From: Microcoleaceae cyanobacterium
GTDB taxonomy: Bacteria; Cyanobacteriota; Cyanobacteriia; Cyanobacteriales; Microcoleaceae
Direction of reading: 5' to 3'
Assembly: GCA_051652765.1 (NCBI GenBank)
Contig: JBOFUV010000008.1
Span: forward strand, 1-64,000
DNA: 64,000 nt
Part shown: piece by piece, positions 55,664-64,000 of the stretch
Position numbering within the stretch: position 1 is the first letter of the stretch
How the letters are laid out: every line of letters begins with the position of its first letter
Program-made: the position numbers and the translations under genes
Notes under the pieces: model-generated
The model's database searches: none
What the model was told of the DNA's origin: nothing
Seen by the model: the letters and a program-made list of their open reading frames with translations, nothing else

Positions 55664-57073
55664 CTAAAGAATCTGACGATTCACCATTTCAATTTTCTGT
55701 AGGAAGTAGTCTTCTCCATGCTTCAATTGTCTGGCCAATTCCAACCCTTTATTAAAGGACTCTAGAGCCCGCTGAAAGGCTTTTTGCTCAAAATAAATCT
55801 GACCTATATTACCATAGCTACTCATCATCCCATAAACATTATAAGACTGTTGATAGATTAACAATTGAGCTTGATAGAGTTCTAGGGCTGTTTGATTCTG
55901 ATCTTGGGCACGATAGAGCTTTGCTAATCGCTCCAACGCTTCACTGGCATTGGCAAATTGTTGAATTGTTGTTGCTAAACTGTAGGCTTCCTGATAGTTT
56001 TGTCCAGCCTGTTGAAACTGACCTAACTGTTCATAATCTTGACCAATAGATAGTTTTAGATCTGGAATTGGCTGAGGATTTTGTTGACTCAGATGATACC
56101 CAACTAGTTTTTCCTTAGCAGCAATGGCTTGTAACGGCTGTTGCAATTGTTCATAGACAAAAGCCAAGTTTTTTAGAGACTTGATTTGACTCGGCTGGTC
56201 GGCCTGCAAGTTTGGGTTTGTAGAGTCTGATCCATCTGGTAAGACTGAAGGAAGAGAAGGTAACATACCTTCATTTCTTAAGGACTGAATTTCTTGCTGA
56301 GTTTCTAATAATTCTTCATAGATGACAGCCGACTTGGGATAGTCTAGCCAGCTTAAGTAAACCTCAGCAACTTGATTTAAGGCTTGTTCTTCGGCTAGGA
56401 TATCTTCTTGTTGACGGGCACTTTCTCGTAAGGTCTGATAGGTTTGAATAGCCAATTCTTTCGCTCGAATATCCTTGAAGGCAAGCCCTAAACTTTGCAG
56501 AGTTTCTATGTTTTCTACGGCCTCAGGTTGAACTTTTTGAAAGATTTTATCGAGACGTTCTGTGATGAACTTGAGATAAATTCCCTGATTATTGCTCCAT
56601 GCAATTGTCCCAACACGACGCAAAGCATTGATTTCTGGAATCAATCCTAAATAGCGGCGCAAACGTAACTCCCGTGTCCACAAGGTGAATGCCTGAATTG
56701 GATTTCCACTCACTAAGGTTGCTGTGGCTTCTACATTCAATTGGTCTAAAACTAGAACCAATTCTTCTTGTTGACTCGGGCTTAGAACTTTACCTACTGC
56801 TGGAGGGTTGGGCAGTAATGGATCGGGTTCAGTGCTGTTTAAGGGATTGGGAGAAAACTCATCTAAAAGCTGCTGTTCTTGAGGCAGTTCTTCATTGTTT
56901 GAAGACTTTTCTTGAGCAATTGCGCTGCTGCAAAAAAAATAGATTAAAAGAATCAGAACATAGGCTGAAATCCGAGTGCAGATGTTCTGAGAGTATATGT
57001 TCCAAGGATAAATATTCCAAGAATAAGTATTCCGAGAATAAATGTATCGATTGAGAATAAACTGATGAGTCAT
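55664..57073 (-). CDS. Exported or membrane-anchored TPR protein
   Basis: Hydrophobic signal-like segment ending in AIA-Q, followed by TPR-like repeats; ATG 57073 preferred. Confidence 0.75.
   Translation of the reverse strand: MTHQFILNRYIYSRNTYSWNIYPWNIYSQNICTRISAYVLILLIYFFCSSAIAQEKSSNNEELPQEQQLLDEFSPNPLNSTEPDPLLPNPPAVGKVLSPSQQEELVLVLDQLNVEATATLVSGNPIQAFTLWTRELRLRRYLGLIPEINALRRVGTIAWSNNQGIYLKFITERLDKIFQKVQPEAVENIETLQSLGLAFKDIRAKELAIQTYQTLRESARQQEDILAEEQALNQVAEVYLSWLDYPKSAVIYEELLETQQEIQSLRNEGMLPSLPSVLPDGSDSTNPNLQADQPSQIKSLKNLAFVYEQLQQPLQAIAAKEKLVGYHLSQQNPQPIPDLKLSIGQDYEQLGQFQQAGQNYQEAYSLATTIQQFANASEALERLAKLYRAQDQNQTALELYQAQLLIYQQSYNVYGMMSSYGNIGQIYFEQKAFQRALESFNKGLELARQLKHGEDYFLQKIEMVNRQIL
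56981..57040 (-). repeat. In-frame 15-bp tandem repeat x4 (YSRNT/YSWNI/YPWNI/YSQNI)
   Basis: 15-bp period seen in the signal region. Confidence 0.8.
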
Positions 57074-57248
57074 AAAGTTTTTTCTGTTTGACTTCTGTTG
57101 CAACTTCTCTAAATTCACCCCCTGAATAGACTCAATCTTTTTCCAATAAGTTTCGCGAGCTAGGATTTAGCAGATCCGTCGAAGCCATCCTAAATATTTT
57201 TAATAGTTTAGCAGGTTGATGACCATCCAAAGTTAGATAGACGAAATA

Positions 57249-58229
57249 TTAGAGCGCCTTACTTTCGGGTTCGGGTAAGCTTAAGGATGGCAGTTGGGCG
57301 GTGTTGATCGGGCAAGCAGGACTGGCATCAATCTCCTCAATTTTTCTAATTTTCCGGGTCAAAATAACCTCTTCTTCCCGACGAACAATTGTACGAACTG
57401 GTGCAACACAAACAATGTCCCGTTCAGGATTACGGGGAAAACTATCAAACGTCAGTACTTCTGAGTCTGCAGGTAAAGAGACAATAGAAACGGATACCTG
57501 AGGCGGTAACATAGAAAAACTTACAGGTTCATAGATGGTCATTCCTGCCCAACAGTGAGCAGTTTCAGTCTCGCGCACTAAGGCTCCTGCGCCTGTATTT
57601 AGGTCGATTTGGATGAGTTGCCCGTTGCGGCTTAGCCCTAGATATTCCCCCGTCACTCCGTACAACATGTCTCTATAGAACTTCATGCAAGTGAGATTTG
57701 GATAGCTAATCTCTCCAATCCGAGTCACTTTGCCTGTGCTCAAATTGCAGGTTGCTAATAGTTTCTTCTGATCATTTCCAATTAAGGTGATGTAAGCTTT
57801 TCCGGTGGAACTAAAGGTAAGCTCACCACAGTTATAAGCCGAATCTGCAATAGTCATAACAGGAGTTCCTACCCCTGTAATTGGATTAATTGAAATCAAC
57901 TCTTTAGCCGTTGAAGCATAGAGTGTTTTACGCACAGAATTATAGGCCAAACCCACCGTGTAAAATCTCGTATCTCCGATCACAGTTGCCCGAGCTGTCG
58001 CTGGATCAATTCTAAGGAGTTGCATGGTTTGACCCCCAACTCTGTGGGCAATCCCATACAGTTTATCGTCTGCAAACTCAATGTCAAAAACTTCAGGAAC
58101 AACCTCCCCAACAAAGGTCGGTTTTCCGGTCTCTAAATCCAGGTAGTACAGCTTGCTTGATTGACCTGAATAGCGATCTAAAACGTAAATAGTTCCTGAA
58201 GCAATGGGATTAAATTTTAGGTTAAACAT
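57249..58229 (-). CDS. Hypothetical protein with beta-propeller-like repeats
   Basis: About 40-45 aa repeats with L..ID..TG....G (LDLETGK, IDPATAR, INPITGV, CNLSTGK, IDLNTGA). Confidence 0.65.
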   Translation of the reverse strand: MFNLKFNPIASGTIYVLDRYSGQSSKLYYLDLETGKPTFVGEVVPEVFDIEFADDKLYGIAHRVGGQTMQLLRIDPATARATVIGDTRFYTVGLAYNSVRKTLYASTAKELISINPITGVGTPVMTIADSAYNCGELTFSSTGKAYITLIGNDQKKLLATCNLSTGKVTRIGEISYPNLTCMKFYRDMLYGVTGEYLGLSRNGQLIQIDLNTGAGALVRETETAHCWAGMTIYEPVSFSMLPPQVSVSIVSLPADSEVLTFDSFPRNPERDIVCVAPVRTIVRREEEVILTRKIRKIEEIDASPACPINTAQLPSLSLPEPESKAL

Positions 58230-58657
58230 AAGACGTAATCTTAACAGGTTAATGAGTCTAATATCAAGTCTAGCTAAACGGCCTTAGATTGTAACAGAGA
58301 CATCTTGCCTGCGTCCTAATTAGTGTAGATCCTCAGAGAACAATGATACCAAATCCTATAGTCAGAGGAGCAAGACACCATGTCGCCGCCTAGCTTTTCC
58401 CTTCAAGCTATCCTTGATGCAAAAATCGTTGATTCCCGAGTAGGACTAGTCTTAATAGCCAGTTGTGTGCCCTCCAGTTAGTGGTGCAAGCTGACCCAAT
58501 CTTGCAGAGAGTTTCTGGCTCCAAATCTATTGCTTCAACTCTATTTTACAATCTGAATATTTCTGCGTAAAGAATAGCCTAGGCTCAAGGGGATCTGAAT
58601 AGCTGAGATCTCCCTCACTGATTTAAAAACTAAAAACCGCTGTATTGTGTATCTAAT

Positions 58658-61600
58658 CTAGAAAACACTCAGGGTACTTTCAATTAACTGTTTCCACTCT
58701 GGCAACTGACTCAATTCACCCCCTTCAAATGTATTACCTTTTTCTAGAGAAAGTCGGACAAAATCATTGATCCAATCTACAACTATTTCACTGGCAAATT
58801 CAAAGGGTGAGGATTGTAAAGCGTCTTGGAGAAACTGCACCATTTCTGGATGATTTCCCCGGCGATAAGCTGACCACCCATTCCAAACGAGAGATGAGTA
58901 ATTAAGGCGTTGATTCAGATGGTTAATCTTAGTCTGAACAAGGGAGAGTTGGGAAAATTCAGAATGGGTTTCAAGGTCAATCGCTTGCTGAATGACGGCT
59001 AAAGTTTCCCGTAACATTCGGTCTTCTTTAAACAATTGTTCAGCCCGTTGCTGACAGGCTTGACCAATTTTTTGCCTTAAATTGGAGTCTTCAGCCCAAA
59101 CTTGTAACGTTGCGACCAGTTCCCGCACAGTACCTGCTGGATCAACATTGGGATCGGGCAACAGTTTCCCGGTTTCCCCCAATCCCTCTGGAATTCCCCC
59201 CGCAGCCGAGGCAACCACAGGAAGACCTTTAGCCATGGCTTCCATTACAGCAAAGGAAGGGGCTGCTTCCGCCAGAGAAGTGAGGATAAAAATATCACTT
59301 GCATCCAGCCAATCCGGAATATCCCAGCGCTGTCCTAGGAAAATCAGGCGATCGCTTAACCCTAATTTTTGGGCTTTTTCTTTGAGTTCCGGTTCTAAGT
59401 TGAGGTCGCTGCCTTGCCCTGTTCCTGCCCAAACAAAATACAGCTTTGACCGGGCTGAAGTTGTCTGCAATTGAGCGATCGCATCTAGCTGATAGTGATG
59501 CCCTTTAATCGGGGCTAAACGGGCTGAGGTGAAACAGAGAATGCCCTCTTCAGGAATATTAAATTCTTGCCGTAGCCGTTGCCGAGTTTCAAGATTGGGT
59601 GGTGCAAAATACCGTTCGGAACGTCCATAATAAATGACATTTCCCTGGGTTTCAGGGAGTTTAAACTGTCGATGTAGAATCTCCAAATGTTCCTTGGCGG
59701 CAACGTTTACAGCCCTTGCCAAACCATATTGGTAAAGAACCCCTTCAGTATAGGAAATCCCATCTCCCATCGAAAAATTAACATGATCAGGAGTAGCTAA
59801 TCCGAGGGCAATCATGTAAGGAATTTGTTGTTGAATCGCAACTTGTTTGGCCGCAAAATGAGAGAAAGGCCAACCATCACTAAAGATTAAAAAATCAGGC
59901 TGAATTTCAGCGTACAATGCTTCAGCATCTTTTGTATTTCTCAGAATTCTGGAGAGATCCTGACTGGTACTATAATCCAACCAGAACTGTTGGATTCCCA
60001 GTGCTTTTTCCTGCTCTACTAAGGGACTAGAATGGCGCGGTCGAATTGCTGTAACCTGATGTCCTTTTTTGGCTAATTCACAGAGGATCAAATGATCATA
60101 TTGAGCCAGACCTCCAATGCCGGGATCATCCGTGTTCATCAAGGCAATTCGGAGACTTTTTTGACTGGAAATACTCTGTTTAGTCGTTGAATCAGAAGGA
60201 GAAGCAACTGCTGCAGGTTGCCTCCATAACAAATCAAGTACTTGCTGCCATTCAGGGGTTTTTATTAGCTCTTGAATCTGAAATAGTTCACCATATTCTG
60301 CGGAGATTCTGCCAAATGCTTCAATCCAATGAGAAAGGGTTTCAGTGCGAGTATAGGGACTACACACTAGGGATTTTTCTAAGCAGTCCAACATCAGTTT
60401 TGGATAGCGATCACGATACATTCTCCAAGCCAACCAAACCCATCGTTGATAGCGTTCTTTCGGTTGAAGTTTTTGAATTTCAGCAGGAAGATCAGGCCGA
60501 TCAAAAAACTCATTCATGATTTTTTCTGTATTTTTAATCACCCGTTCCCCTCCGGACATCAAGTTACTATCATGCTGACGGTAACAGGCATAGACTTTCT
60601 CCAGCCAAACAGCTCGACAGCCCATTAACCCTAGACGCAATACAAAATCCAAGTCTTCTGTTGGGGGATAACGATGGTCAAAACCACCCACTTTCTCCCA
60701 CCAATCTCGTCGAATCATCATAGCACTGGGACGTACACATTTGTGCAATACCCAGGCCGCTAGATTGAGTTCAGGAATGGTCTCCCATGGGGTTAACATC
60801 GCGAGAGGTTGTTCGCTTGAATCGACAATAAACCACCCTGTTTGTACCAGATCAATGTCAGGATTTGAGTCAAAAATAGCAACTTGTTCAGTGAGTTTAT
60901 CGGGTAGAAAAAAATCATCGCTATCTAGAAATGCCAGGAATTCTCCTTGAGCTAATTGACAACCCTGATTACGCGCGATCGCAGCGCCTTGATTATGTTG
61001 ATAAACAGACTGAATCACATCCAAGTACGGCTGGAGAACTGCATCAATGTTATCCGTTGAGCCATCATCAATGACAATCACTTCATACTTTTCATAGTTT
61101 TGCTCTAAGACACTGTAGACTGCTTTTTCAATAAATCGATCACTGTTGTAAGCTGGAATAATTACACTCACTCTGGGCTTTTGTTTGGGCAAAATTCTAG
61201 TGATTAAATCTTGCCATTCTGATGAATTTCGAAGACGTCGAGTGTTCAGGGAATAGCCATAGGATTGACAATATCCCATAAATCGCTTCACCCAATCTGT
61301 GATGGTTAGAGGTTTTGACTTTGAGGTAAAAGATAGAGATTGTTCTAAATACACCGCCATTTCAACAAAATGATCGGTGTGATAGAGATGCCAAGCCATC
61401 CAAGTCAGCCCTTCATAACGGGCAGAGGTTTCGAGTTGCCGAACTGACTCGGGTAAGTTGGGTTGGTTAAACAGGTGATCTTGAGCCGTAATGAACATTC
61501 TGGCTCGACTGACCGCACTGTAGGATGAAACTGCCTGTTCATGCTGACGATACCCAACCGTTGCCTGAGGTAGCCACTTCGATTGACATCCAGCTAAGAC

Positions 61601-62185
61601 TAAACGCCAAACAAAATCAACATCATCAACCCCATGAAATTGGGGATCAAACCCCCCAACCTTTTCCCACCAATCTTTGTGAAACATCATTGCCCCAGGC
61701 AGGATTGGCGTATGAATTACCCAGGTGGCCAAGTTCAGTTCTGGTAAATGATGCCAGGGCTCAATCTCTGAAATTTTCTCTCCCTGAAGGTTAATTAATC
61801 GCCAGCCACTATTCACAAGTCCGACCTCGGGATTGTTAGTAAAGCATCTAACTTGTTCTGTAAGCTTACTCGGTAGAAAAATATCGTCCTGATCCAACAA
61901 GGCAATCAATTGACCCTTTGCCGCCTCAATTCCTCGGTTTCGTGCGACTGCAACACCTTGATTTTCCTGTTGAATGTAGCGAACTTTGCTGCCGAACGAC
62001 TGTACAATCCGAGCCGTCTCGTCAGTTGAGCCGTCATCCACTACAATAATTTCATAATCACAATAATCTTGCTGCAGAACACTTGTAATTGCTTGAGCAA
62101 CAAAGTGATCGCCATTATAAGCAGGAATAATCACACTCACACAGGGACACCCTGTCATAGATGTCATTAGTTTACTCTTGTTCAT
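58658..62185 (-). CDS. Multidomain glycosyltransferase GT2-GT2-GT4
   Basis: Two VSVIIPAYN/DDGSTD/ARN.G/LD.DD GT-A domains; C-terminal GT-B domain (ARLAPIKG, DIFILTS..E, MEAMAKGLPVVAS..GGIPE). Confidence 0.9.
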   Translation of the reverse strand: MNKSKLMTSMTGCPCVSVIIPAYNGDHFVAQAITSVLQQDYCDYEIIVVDDGSTDETARIVQSFGSKVRYIQQENQGVAVARNRGIEAAKGQLIALLDQDDIFLPSKLTEQVRCFTNNPEVGLVNSGWRLINLQGEKISEIEPWHHLPELNLATWVIHTPILPGAMMFHKDWWEKVGGFDPQFHGVDDVDFVWRLVLAGCQSKWLPQATVGYRQHEQAVSSYSAVSRARMFITAQDHLFNQPNLPESVRQLETSARYEGLTWMAWHLYHTDHFVEMAVYLEQSLSFTSKSKPLTITDWVKRFMGYCQSYGYSLNTRRLRNSSEWQDLITRILPKQKPRVSVIIPAYNSDRFIEKAVYSVLEQNYEKYEVIVIDDGSTDNIDAVLQPYLDVIQSVYQHNQGAAIARNQGCQLAQGEFLAFLDSDDFFLPDKLTEQVAIFDSNPDIDLVQTGWFIVDSSEQPLAMLTPWETIPELNLAAWVLHKCVRPSAMMIRRDWWEKVGGFDHRYPPTEDLDFVLRLGLMGCRAVWLEKVYACYRQHDSNLMSGGERVIKNTEKIMNEFFDRPDLPAEIQKLQPKERYQRWVWLAWRMYRDRYPKLMLDCLEKSLVCSPYTRTETLSHWIEAFGRISAEYGELFQIQELIKTPEWQQVLDLLWRQPAAVASPSDSTTKQSISSQKSLRIALMNTDDPGIGGLAQYDHLILCELAKKGHQVTAIRPRHSSPLVEQEKALGIQQFWLDYSTSQDLSRILRNTKDAEALYAEIQPDFLIFSDGWPFSHFAAKQVAIQQQIPYMIALGLATPDHVNFSMGDGISYTEGVLYQYGLARAVNVAAKEHLEILHRQFKLPETQGNVIYYGRSERYFAPPNLETRQRLRQEFNIPEEGILCFTSARLAPIKGHHYQLDAIAQLQTTSARSKLYFVWAGTGQGSDLNLEPELKEKAQKLGLSDRLIFLGQRWDIPDWLDASDIFILTSLAEAAPSFAVMEAMAKGLPVVASAAGGIPEGLGETGKLLPDPNVDPAGTVRELVATLQVWAEDSNLRQKIGQACQQRAEQLFKEDRMLRETLAVIQQAIDLETHSEFSQLSLVQTKINHLNQRLNYSSLVWNGWSAYRRGNHPEMVQFLQDALQSSPFEFASEIVVDWINDFVRLSLEKGNTFEGGELSQLPEWKQLIESTLSVF

Positions 62186-62524
62186 ATCCTATTATTTTGT
62201 ATAATACGTTAATTTAGATCATTAGAAAATGAATTAAGAGCATAACCCATGTCACATAAGCTTCCTACTCTTAGAAATCTAGAAGGACAACAGTTTAAGC
62301 ATCTTAAGCGAGAAATTAAGTGGACTCTAAAAAAGTCGTTCTATTTTCTGCTTTTGTAGCGATTCCTTATATTAGATATTAATCTAATTATATTTGCCAG
62401 CTCAATTTCCAAGTTTCTAGCTGGATTCTTAATCGGATTTGTTCTTATCGCCTTTGCCCTAACCTACTTAATGCATATGCTGACTAAAGATATCTAAACG
62501 TCAGATTTAAATCTGTTAATTTAA

Positions 62525-64000
62525 ATGCCTGAACCTTCTGCTGACCTTCATAATACTTGTCAAAGTCTCGAACTACAAGCTATCCAATCCTATGAGTTGG
62601 GTAATCAGTATTTAGCTGAAGACAAGCTGGATCAAGCAGTTATTTCTTATCAAGAAGCGATAGCACTAAATCCTAATTTTTCTTGGGCTTATCATCAATT
62701 AGGAGATGCTTTGTCTCAACAAGAAAGTTGGCAAGGGGCGATTCGGGCATACCATCAAGCAATCGAGGTGAATTCTGATTTTTTCTGGTCACATCATAAT
62801 CTTGGAAATGCCTTATCTAAAATTTGGAATTGGGATGATGCGATTCTTGCTTATCATCAAGCAATTCAACTTGATCCCGATTTTTGTTGGTCTTACTACA
62901 ACCTGGCAATTAGTTTGGGTCATCAACAACAGTATTTAGATGCTGTTTTTTATCATATTCAAGCCTATAAAATTCAACCTAATCTTCCTGGAATTATAAA
63001 TTATCTAGGAGAATTAATCCAGACACAAGTTCAACAACAAAGCTTGGAGAAAGTTCTGCAAAGTTATTGTCAAGCCGAGCAAGTTCAGGAGGGAGATCAG
63101 TTAAAGATTCAGACTCGACTGTGTTCTCGACCTTGTTTTTTAGCCGAAGACTTAGAAATTTATATTCAGCTTGCTCAAGAACTCGCGAGAGAAAATTATT
63201 TGGCCGGAGCTATTATTTTTTATAATCTTGCTTTGAAATTTAGCCCCAATCTTCAAGCCTTGTCTCAACAGCTCCAGCAAAGCTTGTCAATCTATCAAAA
63301 CCTTGAAAAAAAAATCGCAACTGCGCGTCAAAATATTCATCAAAATCCAGATTCCTTTCAGCTTCAATACCAGCTTGGAAATCTTCTTAGTCAACAACAA
63401 AACTGGGATGAAGCAATTATGGCCTATTTAAACTCCATCAAATTTAAACCAGAGAACCCATTTTGGTTATATCAGGGTTTAGGAGAAAAGTTAATTCAAC
63501 GCAACCAGTTAGAAGAATTAGTTCAGATCTATTGTGATGCAATTGAAATTAATCCAAGCTCTATTTGGTGTCATGTTAATTTAGGAGAATTACTATCCCA
63601 GCAAGGAAAAGTTGAGGAATCAATTGCCTATTATCAAGCGGCAAACTACTATAAAATTCAACAGTTTCATCCAGACTGGATGGAATCTTTAGAAAACTTA
63701 AAGCCAGTCCATCACCCTGACTTTATTATTCTTGGAACTCAGAAAGGGGGAACAACATCACTCTATTATTATCTCGCTCAACACCCTCAGATTATGCCCT
63801 CTCTAATCAAGGAAATTGAATTCTGGGGCAGCAAATTTAATCGGGGCTTGACTTGGTATCTAGCTCATTTTCCCCCAATTCCTACCCATGAAACAGTTTT
63901 AACCGGGGAAGCAACACCCAGTTACTTTGACGATTGGGAAGTCCCAGAACGCCTGTTTAACGTTTTCCCAGATACAAAACTGATTATTCTGTTAAGAAAC
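62525..64000 (+). CDS. TPR-repeat sulfotransferase, runs off the window end (absent from the ORF track)
   Basis: ATG 62525; TPRs (YQEAIALNPNFSWAYHQLGDAL...). Same frame at 63713 reads HPDFIILGTQKGGTTSLYYYLAQHPQI (PAPS-binding motif), then GEATPSY and IILLRN. Confidence 0.88.
   Translation, partial: MPEPSADLHNTCQSLELQAIQSYELGNQYLAEDKLDQAVISYQEAIALNPNFSWAYHQLGDALSQQESWQGAIRAYHQAIEVNSDFFWSHHNLGNALSKIWNWDDAILAYHQAIQLDPDFCWSYYNLAISLGHQQQYLDAVFYHIQAYKIQPNLPGIINYLGELIQTQVQQQSLEKVLQSYCQAEQVQEGDQLKIQTRLCSRPCFLAEDLEIYIQLAQELARENYLAGAIIFYNLALKFSPNLQALSQQLQQSLSIYQNLEKKIATARQNIHQNPDSFQLQYQLGNLLSQQQNWDEAIMAYLNSIKFKPENPFWLYQGLGEKLIQRNQLEELVQIYCDAIEINPSSIWCHVNLGELLSQQGKVEESIAYYQAANYYKIQQFHPDWMESLENLKPVHHPDFIILGTQKGGTTSLYYYLAQHPQIMPSLIKEIEFWGSKFNRGLTWYLAHFPPIPTHETVLTGEATPSYFDDWEVPERLFNVFPDTKLIILLRN

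Overview
Cyanobacterial chromosomal segment, identified by frequent HIP1 GCGATCGC octamers and cyanobacterial-type atp, gifA and mys genes. A filamentous Oscillatoriales-like host is my inference. Core genes: the atp1-a-c-b'-b-delta-alpha-gamma operon, the separate beta-epsilon operon, gpsA, tgt, pgk, ylqF, cbiT, rsmB, a DHH/CBS tRNA nucleotidyltransferase, and pyk next to an L-lactate dehydrogenase. Accessory content: (i) a TetR regulator fused to a degenerate tyrosine-recombinase-like domain, divergent from a delta-9-type desaturase, with two palindromic operators between them; (ii) a mycosporine-like amino acid (shinorine-type) cluster mysABC plus a C-A-T-TE NRPS whose C domain lacks the catalytic His; (iii) gifA with an NtcA box in a repressing position; (iv) a decayed type III restriction-modification island that still carries intact Uma2 and toxin-antitoxin genes; (v) a solitary SLATT-like two-TM effector; (vi) a GT2-GT2-GT4 gene divergent from a TPR-sulfotransferase gene. 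Intergenic DNA holds several degenerate MITE-like elements and many 12-16 bp tandem duplications. I recognised no rRNA, tRNA or CRISPR array. All calls come from motif recognition by eye, and no database searches were run.
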